A stretch of 35,300 nucleotides of DNA from Nemertoderma westbladi (lineage: Eukaryota; Animalia; Xenacoelomorpha): the NCBI GenBank assembly GCA_032718475.1, contig JAUCBJ010001470.1, forward strand, positions 1-35,300. Direction: 5' to 3'. This document shows, piece by piece, positions 11,730 to 24,800 of this stretch. The notes beneath the pieces were generated by a model, which did no database searches, was not told the DNA's origin, and saw only the letters and a program-made list of their open reading frames with translations. The position numbers were made by a program, and so were the translations under genes. Each line of letters begins with the position of its first letter. The first letter of the stretch is position 1.

Positions 11730-14700
11730 GTATGGAGTGAATGAGCTCCAAATACACTGGAATTTTAACCTCATGCGGGGAGGGGACTGTTTTTAGAAGT
11801 ACTAAAGTGCTAACAAACAGCAGTCCTGCAATGGTAAAGTGCTAACTGTTTTAAAGTGCTAACCTAAAGTGCTAACACTCCCTGAAAAAAAATTTGTTAA
11901 GACAATTTGACTACAATTCCGGGTTCCGATTGGCTCATTTCGAAGTGTTAGCAGTTTGACCCCTTTGCAAGCACAAATTAAAAACGTCAAATAGCAACAA
12001 ATTTTAACAACTGCCCCCTAGCGACCAGATTCGGAATTATTGAAAAAGGTAAAGTGCTAACTGTTAGCACTATAGAGTTTCTCCATAAGACATATTCTAA
12101 ATGTTAGCTCTTTAAGGCTAATTTTGTTGTATAATTATTGCATAGCAGATGTTAGCGTTTTATAACTAAAATTGAAATAAATTGATTATTAATCAAGCCG
12201 AGATCACAAGAGGAGATTATGAGTTTCTGAAATGAATAATACCGGCCAACAGAAAGCATAAAGTGCTAACATTAGGCCTATTCAATTCATATATTAAACG
12301 TCTATGTCTTTGCAACTAGTTCATGGATTTCTTAAAAGCATTCAATAATATGGCACATAATCACAACCATTAATTAATTTATTCTCATAATTATATATTA
12401 TTCTAAATCCTTAATCCTTGCAGAATCCTTTTCCAGAAAATAGAGAGGTCATTCTGTATGTCAAATTTCGTGCAATCTCAAATTTTATTTTTTACATATA
12501 CTGCTATAACGTAAATTGCTATAAGTATTTTGAAAATGTGTCACCAATTTCTTACCCATTATTGCACACTGCTGCTATTCTTGGTCTTTTCGAGGTCAAA
12601 ACTTTAAACCTCTCTAAATACATACATAAAACCAATAAGCCATGTCCCGGAATGCAGTGTATTTAATTCAATGACAGGGTATCGCCTGATAACTTTAAAG
12701 AAGTAAAAGTGTTCTGAGTCTGTACTCCCAGATATTCCCATTGGCGATATCTCCTTTGCAGAAGTGAAGGCTGCTGTAAAGAGCATTAAGACCAATCGTG
12801 CCAGTAGTGGAGTAGATGGTGTTCCCCCTGAGATCTTTAAAATACCTGAGTGTTTAAAGCTTATCTAGATCCCATTGATCCCTCTGGATCCCATTGAGAG
12901 ACTGCTCCTTGGATATCAGAATGGGTTCCTTAAAGGTCGTGAGACCATGGAGCCCATTTTGTTACTTAGAAGGATAATTGAAGAGATTGATCAAAAAAGA
13001 AAGACAGGCATCTGGCTGTTATCTTTGTTGACTTATTCAAGGCCTTTTATTCAGTCTCTCGCTCACGTTATGTTCAGCATACTTTCATTATATGGGATTC
13101 CTGATGAAATTATTGCAGCAATCAGATCAGTATACGATGGTTCGACAACATTTGTGTCTACTGCTGACGGCGACACAGAACCACTTTAAGTGTTATGGGG
13201 CGTCCTCCAGGGAGACACACTTGCGCCATTATTGTTCATAATTATGGTTGACTATAAGCATGTCACTAGATCATCATAATGATGATGGGGGTGATGATAA
13301 CTCCATCTACTGGCTCCAGAAGTCGAGGAAATCCTGCCAAGTACCTAACTGATCTAGACTTTGCAGATGACTTAGGAGTACTCTCAGAATCACTAGAGGG
13401 AGCCCAACGGCTCCTCAGCTCATTAGAACATGATGCTTCTAGTGTTGGTCTTTTTATTAACTCCAAAAATGATCAAAATTTTGACAGTTAACTATGAAAG
13501 TCAGCAGCAAGTCTCTGACCGGATGAGCATAAGCTCAAAGGATGGTATGCTTGTGCATGTGGACGACTTCTGTCACCAGGGTTCATGGATCCGGAAGTCA
13601 GGTGAGGACCTTCGAATACGTAAGAGAAAGGCATGGACAGCCTTGAATAGGCTTTCCAGGATTTGGAAGTCACCGAGAATTAATCGGAAACTTAAGGTCC
13701 GATTATTTAGAGCAGCAGTAGTTCCAGTACTCCTCTATGGGAGTCCATGCTGGGCTCTAACTGCAGAGGATACCAAATCTCTGGATGGCACATTCACAAG
13801 AATGCTACGCCGGGTTCACTGTGTCAAGTACAATCCACACATCTCCAACCAGACACTATATAACATTGGAGGTGTCTCATTGGTTCCCCCAGGCTTGACA
13901 CTAGAACAAACCCGCCTCCGCTTTGCAGGACATTGCTTTCGCCGTGTGGACCAGTCAGTGCATAATCTTGTTCTTTGGTAGCCTCATGCAGTGAATAAGC
14001 ATGGTGGACAGCCCATGACTTTCTTGAGACGCATCTTAAAGGACACTGGCCTTGAAGATTCGGATGATCTAGCAAATGTCATGGGTGATAGGGAGTTGTG
14101 GTGGCTCAATTTTGTCGTCAAGCCGGCACAGCATTCTATTTATTGCGTTTATTGTGTTTATTGCTTTTTAATCAACCATAGATCACAATATAGATGACAA
14201 TGTGTTTCAGAAATAAATAATTCCAGTCATCATATAGTGGTAACATACTGTACATCCATAAATACATGCATTCATTGTCTTATAGCGCATTAAGGTTCTG
14301 ACCCCCTTTGGTAGCCTGAGAAATCAGCGATTGGAAATGCAGAAATGTATGTTCTATTGTTTAAAAAGGAGAACAATTTTTTAGGATTCTCTATTTTATT
14401 TTGAAAATGAAAAATATAGAACGTTATAAAATATTTTAATTGAACATATTTTATATGTTTGAGTACATTTTCACAAATGAAATTAGCAAAAACTTGGTAG
14501 TATAAAATTTGGTGTGTACACCACCCCCCCCCCCCCCCCCCACCCCCCAATTCAGTTTCTAACCAATTTGAAACGTTGAAATAATGTTACCAACCAATTT
14601 GTAACGTTCAAATAATGTAATTTAAATTTATTCTGAACATCTTGATTTTCAAACAATCAATAACACTATAAGAAACATTATAAAAACTATGTTCTGTAAT

Positions 14701-15165
14701 GTTACATAAATTTTAATATAAATATTTTGATTCTATTGACGTTGTTGAAACTAAATAAATATTGATATTTTTGAAACAAATGATTACATAATTAATATTA
14801 TAATATATTCAATATCCTTTCACATCCCAAAGAACGAATAATGAGTTAGCATTTTATGATGTGTGGTGTCTTGAAATATTCAACACAAAAACACTTAATC
14901 ATTATCTTTCAAGATTTACAGATACCATCATTTCAAACTCCTAACTTTGCTAATATTACTATTGTTATTGGTGTTTTTAGTAAGTTAGCACTTTAGAACA
15001 CTTGAGCCCTCTTGCGGGTGGTGCAGAATTGGTGTTGCTAAATGTTGCTAAAGTCTGTTACTGAGTTAGCACATTGGTACTTTCAGAAATCACTGGTATG
15101 GTGTCACTTTACCAAGGAAATCCCGCGTTAGCACTTACAGACTTATGTGGTGCATGTACTCCCAT
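11730..15165. mobile_element. Putative old DNA transposon with AAAGTGCTAAC subterminal repeats, interrupted by a LINE (boundaries approximate)
   Basis: AAAGTGCTAAC at 11804, 11836, 11853, 11866, 12051, 12260; reverse-complement GTTAGCAC(TTT) at 14984, 15065, 15127. Confidence 0.45.
12710..14137 (+). mobile_element. Decayed RTE-like non-LTR retrotransposon (reverse transcriptase fragment)
   Basis: frameshifted RT motifs: GVDGVPPEIFK, YQNGFLKGR, GVLQGDTLAPLLF, DLDFADD, then VVPVLLYGS..W...LDGTFTRMLRRV...RLRFAGH; contains stops and frameshifts. Confidence 0.9.
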
Positions 15166-15755
15166 CTACTCCACTTGCATGATTGGTCTTAATGCTCTTT
15201 GCATAAAGCCGGCTCGACTTCGGCTTCGGAAGAAGAGATGTGACCAATGGGTATTTCTGGGAGTACAGGCAACTTTTATTCCAGAAAAAAGTTCGTTTTA
15301 CCTTATGGTATTACCAGATTACAGTTCAGCAACAGCAGTATTGCATTACGGTGTGCAGCTGTGGTACCGGCCCGCTGCGGTTGCGGTGCGGCGGTTGCAT
15401 TGCTGCATTGCACGAGTGCAGTACGTGGCAAAGTGGCGGTGCGGTAGCGGTACTGTCTGACAGTATCTATGCCGAACGTACGGTAACCGTAACGTAAGCC
15501 TACTCCTACTGCTGTCTGGCTGTACTGCAATAATCCAGTAACCAGGGCAGGCATCCTTGAGATAGCAGGATAGGCATAATGCCTAATGCAGTAATGGGAT
15601 GGGATAGGCCAACGCCAACTGCCAACTCCAGAACTCTGCAACACTGTTCGTTCAGTGCAGTGCAGCAGTGAGTCGTTGTACGACTGTAATCGTAATCCTT
15701 TACTCTTCATTCACGATCATTGATCATTGTCAAATTTCAGGATTTTGGTTTAACG

Positions 15756-15890
15756 ATGTCTCGCCCTCGCCTCCAACGCGGTGCCCCTGTTTATATTAAA
15801 TTATACCTCTTATTCGGATTATTATTTGCCGAGATTGAATTAATTTATAGCTTCACGGAACAGAATCAACTGAATGTGATGGACGACAAG
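15756..15890 (+). CDS. SLC9A6/7/9: NHE exon 1 (signal-peptide-like N-terminus)
   Basis: ATG...[45 protein letters not shown]|gtaagt, phase 0 fits exon 2. Confidence 0.7.
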
Positions 15891-18800
15891 GTAAGTTAGT
15901 AAGTCTGTACGGGAACAAGCAGACAAGTGCAAGTGAAAGCGTACCGGTACCCTTTGACCCTGTTCGCTGTTTAAAACGTAGCAGCGTAGGGCCTACCCGA
16001 ACAAAAACAATAGGCCTACTGGCACTGGGTACGTTTTAACAATGATCCAATTTTACAATTAGGCCTAGGGCTACGGAAGTGCCCTAAAAATTGCATTACC
16101 AGATTACCTTGCTCCTGTCAGCCTGTCCTGTTTGCCTGTACCGGCTGACCGGTAGGCCTAACTGCCTAACAACTGAAAATACATTCCTGTGGATCGGGAC
16201 CGGGATTGCATTTTTTGCCGGTATCCCGGTTTTTCGGGATCGGGGTCCCGTTTAAACACTAGTACAGACAGAGTGAAGTTAATACAGGAATTTAATATTC
16301 TAATTATGTCCACACTTCTGCCCTTTATAAACCATCAACCTTAATCATTTACATCTGTACTTGGACTAATCGAGTAATCTCCTCGGAAATAGCAGCATAT
16401 TGAATACATTTTTGTCTCAAGTTGTTGTTCACTGACTCTTCAACATTGAAGCTACCTGACATCCTGGCTACCGGACCGGAATGTTGAAAAGTGTATGATC
16501 AAATATTATGAGCGTTCCGAAGTTATTTGGCTACGTGCGGATTTACAATGCAATATATAGCGGCAACTGGTAATAAGTAAATTCATTCGTTCATATATTA
16601 GGCCTATTACTCTACTGTATTATCTATCGTTTTATAACTTTCTATTTGACCGCAGTTACCGTCTTCCGTTACCACGGACGACCCCCCTTCCGGGCCCCGA
16701 GCGGCCACCACCCCCGCCTCCCGCACTGCTGATGTCGACCAGATCGATGAGCAGGCCGAGCGGATGGTGGAAGCCCTGCACCGCACCGACGCAGTGGCTC
16801 TACTTACCTTCTTATTCCTGGTTATTTTGACTCTTGGCACCATCTGGGTGTTTAAATATCGAAGGATACCGTATTGTCATGAAAGTGGACTCGCTATGGT
16901 TTACGGTAAGATAATTTAATATAATTTGTTTTTTGAAACACCGATTTTATAATAAAAATATTATCCCAAAATTGTAACATTACTTGGTTAGCTTAAACCG
17001 ACTTTTTATCAAGCACAATATATCTTATCCCAGCTTTATATTCAATAGCAAAGTAATGTAGACTTTGCAGCTCCAGATGTTGAATTTTACAATGAAACCT
17101 AACCTGACCTCTAGCGGTTTTCCTCAGCATTTAAATTTTATTATTATTGATAAATTTGAATACTACTATCTAAATCTACAGCATTTTATGCTACGCTACA
17201 TCCCCCAGGTATGATTATTGGTGCTATACTCCACTATGCTACGCTACATCCCCCGGGTATGATTATGGGTGCTATACTCCGTTATGCTACATCCCCCAGG
17301 TATGATTATGGGTGCTATACTCCGTTATGCTACATCCCCCAGGTATGGTTATGGGTGCTATACTCTGCTACGCTACATCCCCCAGGTATGATTACGGGTG
17401 CTATACTCCGTTATGCTACATCCCCCAGGTATGGTTATGGGTGCTATACTCTGCTACGCTACATCCCCCAGGTATGATTACGGGTGCTATACTCCGTTAT
17501 GCTACATCCCCCAGGTATGGTTATGGGTGCTATACTCTGCTACGCTACATCCCCCAGGTATGATTATGGGTGCTATACTCCGCTATGCTACATCCCCTAC
17601 CCCAATGACACACATTACCATCTCAACCAACGACTCAGTACCACCCCAACACGTCTGGGTTGACATATCTAACGAATCCGCTCCCGACACGATATATCGA
17701 TACGATTTGGTTGGAATAGTTCATACGGAGGAATCACACGAGTTGGAGGATATGGTGAGATCGGGTTTATGTAAATAATAAATAAGTTAGTCTGTTTTAT
17801 TTTCGTGTGTTTAACTATATGACCCACTAGTGAAACCGAGCATTACCCCGTAGAAACAGTATCTCAGTCAATATCTTAAAAGTGGACCGACTAGCACAGA
17901 GAGTGTTGAGTTTGACGACGACTGGTACAACCCCCCCCCCCCCCCCCCCCCCTTTGCACATTTTATTTTGCATTTGTTATCTAGACGACGTTTAACGCCG
18001 AGGTTTTCTTCAACGTTCTACTCCCCCCTATTATATTCTTCGCCGGATTCAGTATGAAGAGACGCTATTTCTTTAAGAACTTCGGGGCTATAATGTCCTA
18101 CGCTTTCCTTGGGACAACAATCTCGTGTTTCGTTGTTGGGTGAGTATAAGTAATTCTACTATTAGGGCCTTCGGGGTCGTCTATTTATTTTATTGTTCCT
18201 CTTTAAAGCCAATTAAGGCTATTAATTTACCCATCTCAATATACATCACCACTTTGGTAACTGAATAATAAATCAAAGGAATATAACCAAAAAAGTAATA
18301 CATTGTTAATAAACCAAAATTAAACTATTAAAACAAAGGTCATCGATACATCGTGTAAATGTGGTTTTTGTTTTTATGGTTCTAGGTTTTAGCAACAGAT
18401 CCCGGATGGTCTTAGTGCGCCATGATTTTTATTATATAATATTTGACATTTATTTGTAACTTCTGGAGCAATAAAACTCCACCCGCATACACTTTCAGTT
18501 TAGTATTAACTTTTTCGTGTGAGTTTCAGTATTAAACTGAATAAAAGTCTGTTTGTCTAAATTGATTTATTTAGCCATTTTAATACTTGTGCCGCGTCTA
18601 TGTTGGTCAGCCGATTGGTTTGTTACACTAACGAACGTAGCGAGTGAGTGCAAACTGCTAATACGAGGATCACAGAAAACGTTGCAAAACGTTTACTGTA
18701 TGCCGTTTATTTCAAAATAATTATACCAACGACTGACATCTGTTGACATTGGTTGAATTTCTTAAGCTTTTTTAACTGGAAGGAATTGATTGAGCATTTA

Positions 18801-21800
18801 GAATAACCCGTTCATACTGGTTGTATTGCAGTATAGTTATGTACGGCATCATACAACTGATCCCCGGATCCAACTTTGACTTTGTATCGTGTTTAACATT
18901 CGGTGCGCTAATCTCCGCAACCGATCCCGTAACCGTTCTCGCTATCTTCCAAGACATTCACGCGGATAAGGATCTTTACGCCCTTATCTTCGGGGAGAGT
19001 ATCCTCAATGATGCTGTGGCTATCGTTCTGACTACGTTAGTACCAGTTTGTTTAATTTACTTATCAATAAATCTTTAGAAATATCTGGAAAATTCCCTAT
19101 TAAATTTTCCAACACCCCCATTCGGGGTAAAATTAGGACGTGTGATAAAATCACCTTTACTTTAATAAATAAAATATAATGTAGTTTATTTGTAGCGCGC
19201 TATTGAGTCTCGTTTATTGTTTTGGTTAGAAAACCAAGCCATTGTAACTTTCTCCTTTGCCTTAATTAGTATAACTAACATTGGTTATATTTTCCCGGCA
19301 GTATCGCACTTAGTAATCTTTGCATCCCTCCAGGTCCATCGAGTCATACGTCCCGACCGGATCCACCCAGACGTCATTCGATGCGGCGGCCTTCTTCAAC
19401 TGTTTGGGATCTTTTATATCGATATTTGTTGGAAGTTTCGTTATGGGCATCGCTATGGGTTGTCTCACTGCTCTCATCATGAAGTTCAGTAAGATCAGAG
19501 TCTATCCGCTGTTAGAGACCTCGTTGTTCTTTCTTATGAGCTACTCAACTTTCTTACTAGCTGAAGCCGCACAGTTTACAGGTGAGTTGATTCATATATT
19601 TACTCACTAGGACTCTGCTATTTTTTTTATTAAAAAAAAATGATGAAAATATTGAACTTTAGAAAAAGGAATGTGTTAGCTGACAAGGTAGGACATAATC
19701 TTAAATTTATAAACCACAGCTAAATAATATTTCAAGCTGGATAAATAAATACGGGAGTTAAGTTTAGATTTTGTGTAGATTCTGCGATATGCGAGTTAAA
19801 ATAAATAGCCATTTACTGGATTAGTCGGTTTACAGTACCGAGCTAAGCGAGTATTCTATAGGAGATTAGTGCTATCTCCCTATGTGTGTTATATACCGTA
19901 GAGTATTATTAAAAAGGAAGAAGAAAGGGATAATAAATTAATCAAGTAATTGATTTATTAATCATTAAAATACATGAAGTGAATAATGTAAATGTTATTA
20001 ACATATTGGAATAAATTATAATTAGTTAAATTACCTTAATCTGTATTAATAATTAAATATTTAAACAGTCTTCAATAATTAGTAATTGCGTCTGTGAAAC
20101 ATTCTAGAACTATTGATTATCCAATGGTTACGATCCCTTAACCTTCCGTATCTGTTGTTCTATCGCGTCCCATTGGCTGGGGGTCACTGCGTGCAGCTGA
20201 TTGGCCCAGCCGGCCACGCCCACCGCCTCTCCCCCGTCCAACGCGATCACCTCCCCGCTCATCCAACTAGCGTAGGGCGACAGCACGTAGGCCGCCAGGT
20301 TGGCCAACTCCTCGGGGTTGCCAACCCGCCCCGCGGGTACCCGTGCGACCACCGCGTCGATGAACTGTCCGGTGGGATCCAGTCGCGAGAAGGCCCCCTT
20401 CGTCTCGACCGGGCCCGGGGACACCACGTTGAATCGCAGGCCGTGGCGGCCCCATTCCGAGGCCAACGAGCGGTACAGGGTCTCTACGCCGGCCTTGGCG
20501 CAGGCCGATGGCACAACGTAGCCCGAACCGTAGCGCGTGTAGGTCGCTGAGACAGCCAGGTAGGAACCACCCCGTTGCTGGGAGATCATTCGTTTACCTG
20601 TAAGTAAGGGATGTCAATATGAATTTTTCGCAGAGGAGAAAAAAATGCTTTTTTGTTAAATATCTTCTTTTCTTTGTTTTAAATTATCTTTTTTTTTTCG
20701 ATAAAAGGGGAGATATTTTAAATAATTAATCTGATAATAGCTAGCTAGCTATTTCCTTGAAATCTTGTAATAGTAAATACTTTATAATATAAAGTAATTA
20801 TTGGTCAAACATAACTAGAGTTTCTGAGAATATTCGAATGATTTCATATATTCGAATATTGTTAAAGCATTCGAATACACCACCATGTCCTGGAATATAG
20901 TCCTTTGAACGCCCATATCTCAGCTATTTCTCAACCAAATTCAAATTGTGTTACATATTTGGAATCCTTGCATGGCCAGCTTTCTAGCAGTACAAGTAAC
21001 AGCTATAAGGTAGAAGAATAACTGCGGTGTAACTGGTGTAATATCGCTGGAGACACTTTTTTTAAACGCTTGTAGCTAAAGATTGAAAGCAAAAATAAAA
21101 ATTCTGGCTCACCCAGTCAGTGGTCGGGAGGTGAAAATATCTCTGTTTCAAATTTCATGCAATCTCATTAAGATTTGTAGAAAAATAAGGGGGGGGGGGG
21201 GGTGTGTCACTGAATTACGACAATATATTCCAGGACATGGTGTATTCTTTTTCTAAGCAACTAAACAACTACTATTCCCCGCTGGATTTAATAATTATTG
21301 TTTGATTTTTCGATCTGCATTTCCAAGAAATAGTGAAAGGCCTAAAAGCATAACAAATTTTATTCTTAAATTGTTACTTTTTCGCTCAAAATTAGACCAA
21401 AATCGGGAGAAAAAGTTGATAGGATTGCATTGATTTTTCTTTTTTTCCCGGCGAAAAAGGTAAAACAAAATATTTTTGGTGGAATTTCTTAAATTTTATT
21501 ACATGTATTGAAAGAGCATTGACGTAGAAAAGGTTTGCAAGTAATTTGAGCAAAATCCATGCACGCACTCAAAAGTTATGGCAAATTTAGTGTCTGAAAG
21601 GCGAACTCCAACACAGAATTCAATATCCAATATTGGTTTATGTAGTTAAGCGGCTCTCTAGTTACGTAATAAATATTCGAGAACACTAAATTATTTTAAC
21701 ATTGAGTAAGGCAGCATCAGGAGTTGAAGAGAATAATGATTAGAATCGCCGTAACTATGGAAGAAATATAGTAAAATACTGCAGTTCAATTTATTTTGTA

Positions 21801-24800
21801 GCACTATATCGCTGTACGTTTTATTAAAGAATTAAGCAAAAAAAGTACCAATTTAAGAATAAAATTAGGTATTACATGGGAAAAAAACGTAGAACATTTG
21901 TTTTTCAATATTCTCTCGACCATTTATTAACCTCGCTGACTGACGCTCGGTAAATAAAATGCCTCGAGAATATTGAAAACAAAGTTGTAATGTAATAAAT
22001 AATTATTTATTTATACTTTGAGTATTTTCTATTTATGTCGGGAAATAGCACGAAAGTAAAAGTATAAATACAACATAACTTCAATAATATCACTAATACA
22101 GACAAAAAGAGTAATACTAATAATACAGGTGAAAAAATCACTAAAAATGACAAATAGATATTTAACTTGTGAGCTTCACTTAACAAATTTTTCTTATATG
22201 ATCTACTTATTATTCTTGTATAATATTGTAATAATAATTATAATATTAATAAGTTAAAGTATCAACAAATATTCAAATATTTTTGTGACGAATATTCGAA
22301 TAGAACGGATCTACCATTCTCAAAAACTCTAGTTATGACTTAGGAATAGCAATGAATGCCTGTTCACCACAATGTATGATCTTACACAGTAAATCCTTCC
22401 ACCACCTTTCCAAAAGGAATACCTGTTCATTACCTACCTATCTCCATGGTCACATTAGCCGAACCCATTAACACTATATCTACGATGGTTTTGAATGCGT
22501 TGTTAGAAAGTCTTTCGGTAGGCGATATAAAGTTCCCGGCCGCGTTGTTTATAACCAAATCCGGTATGGAACCTAATGTTTCCTCGCAGTAATCCACCGC
22601 CGATTTAACTTCTTCCGGCCGCCTAACATCCGAAGGAATCGCTACAACCGTGTTCCCTGTGATTCCCGCAATTTCTCTCGCAGTTTCCTCCACTACAGAC
22701 TTGGTGCGACTAGTGATGAGTACCTTGGCCCCGAGTTGGGACAAAGTTAACGCCATCTGTCGGCCGAGACCGGTACCGCCCCCTGTAATGAAGGCTACGT
22801 TGTCCCGGAATGTGTCTGCTGGTAGCATTGTGTCCAGTTTAGGTTTGAAGGATTTCTTTACTACTGGAGGGTTGGATTTCTGTCTAAGTTGGTTTAATTG
22901 GATGTTGCTATTCCTCATCGGTAGAGGGGAAAGTCTCGGTAATAACGACATGATTGCTGAGGTAACAATTTACTGATTTAAAGGGAGATAAAATAGTCTG
23001 TATGATTACCGGTACTATAATGCAGTAATATTTGTACTGTGCAACTGTACTGCTTCCACTGTAGTATACCAGTATACTGTAGCAGGGGTGCATGTAAAGA
23101 GCGGACTGCGGACTGTGGACTGCGGATTGCCAAAATCCACGCGGTCAATTTAAATTATCGACTTCCAAACTAAGAATCCGTTCTTTGTTGTCTGGACAAA
23201 TGGCGGACTGAAGCCGGTAAATTTTAACCTGATTGGCTCAATCATTTACATAGGCTGAAAGGGAACTTAAAGAATGAATCATCCCATTGCAGCATTGGCT
23301 TTTAAATGTTTACCATTCAACACTGTCAGACTGTAATACAGGAAATAATTATCCTATACAGTCTGACAGTAATTACGTGGACTGTTGATTAAGGGGCTAC
23401 TACTAGCAACTAGTGGCGAACCTATTGAGGACTAGTGGCGAACCTATACCTCTACTGTAAATACAGTAGTAGGCTAATCAGGTAATATTTTCCTAAACTT
23501 TCACATCAAGGCACTCTCATCTTACGTAAGCCTGGATGTATTATAGTAAGTTTAGTTTTGGACGTTTAAGAATAGGCCTACTACAGTACTACACGTGCAA
23601 TACGCGGCCGCCATCGATTATGTTACTTATTATAGGCTACTTAGTTTTAGTTTGAAATAATCGAAAACTTCAACCGGCTGACCAGTTGCCAGTAGCCGGT
23701 AGGCCAACAGTACATGCCTGCTGACACGGCAGCTTAATTGATACCGCACCGGTAGTCCTACTTAATTACTTGCAGTATAATTATACTGTAGCAATGTTGG
23801 AATATTGTTCTGTTGTTTGTGTTTCCATCTCCATGCTGCTATGTGTCACAATTGTAGTAACTGAGTAATACTCCGACTCCGTACAGCCATACGCCTAACT
23901 CAACTGCAAGAGTACGGTAGTACAGTAATACAGTAACAGTAGTACGGTAACCCTTAAATAATAGGCCTTGCAGCACTGGCAGACTACGGTGTTTGTCACA
24001 GGAATTTAAAAAATATTACAAAATGTAAACCAAAGTCTGAATTGAATGAACACAGCAGTTTTTTTCTCTTACCGGTACTTCCAGATTTCTTATATTCACA
24101 AAGTTAAAAACATTTCAAATTTTTTCGAATGTGCACCAATCAATACCCACATCGCACCAACAGATACGACACGTAATAATAATTGACCAACTAAGAAAAA
24201 TGGAGGGAGATTTGAAACTCATTTATAGCGCTGCCCCTTAGTTCTTTCTGCATGAGTAATAATACTACTACAACAACAACTACTCACCACTCCTTTAGTA
24301 TAGTAGTACTTTACTTTTTACTCTTCTCCTATCCATGGCCGATTAATAAAAGAGATCCGATAATGTGTGGGGCGAGCCACGTAGTAGGCGAAGCCTTAGC
24401 GAACTGACACTGCTAAGGGTGAGGAGGGTCCGTGTGACAATTATATTTGCAATATATTTATCGTTCTCGTCGTTCGTTGTTATATTTTGACATGCTAATG
24501 ACTTTGTGATATTTCAAGCTGAGCGAGTTGAAATTGTAAGATGTCTGAAAGCGAAAATGGCTGTTTAGGGGGTCGCGGGGGGTTTGGTTATATTAAATTA
24601 CAATTCTTTATATTTTATAAACCTTTCAGGAATTGTCGCTCTATTGTTCTGCGGAATAGCCAACGCTCATTACACTTACCACAACCTATCCGCCGAGTCC
24701 CAAAGACGAACCTACCAATTATTCGAGGTGCTAAACTTCCTCGCAGAGAATGTTATCTTCTGTTACATGGGAGTTGCCATGTTTACATTCCAGAATCACA

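Noticed and set aside
15074-15710. Overlapping ORFs upstream of the NHE gene
   Set aside because: No recognisable homology; low-complexity GC-richer promoter-like DNA.
20113-20550. Plus-strand ORFs (145 and 73 aa), and horizontal transfer as an explanation for the high GC
   Set aside because: Antisense shadows of DECR1 exon 2; the protein matches animal mitochondrial DECR1 through its C-terminal KGS and is spliced.
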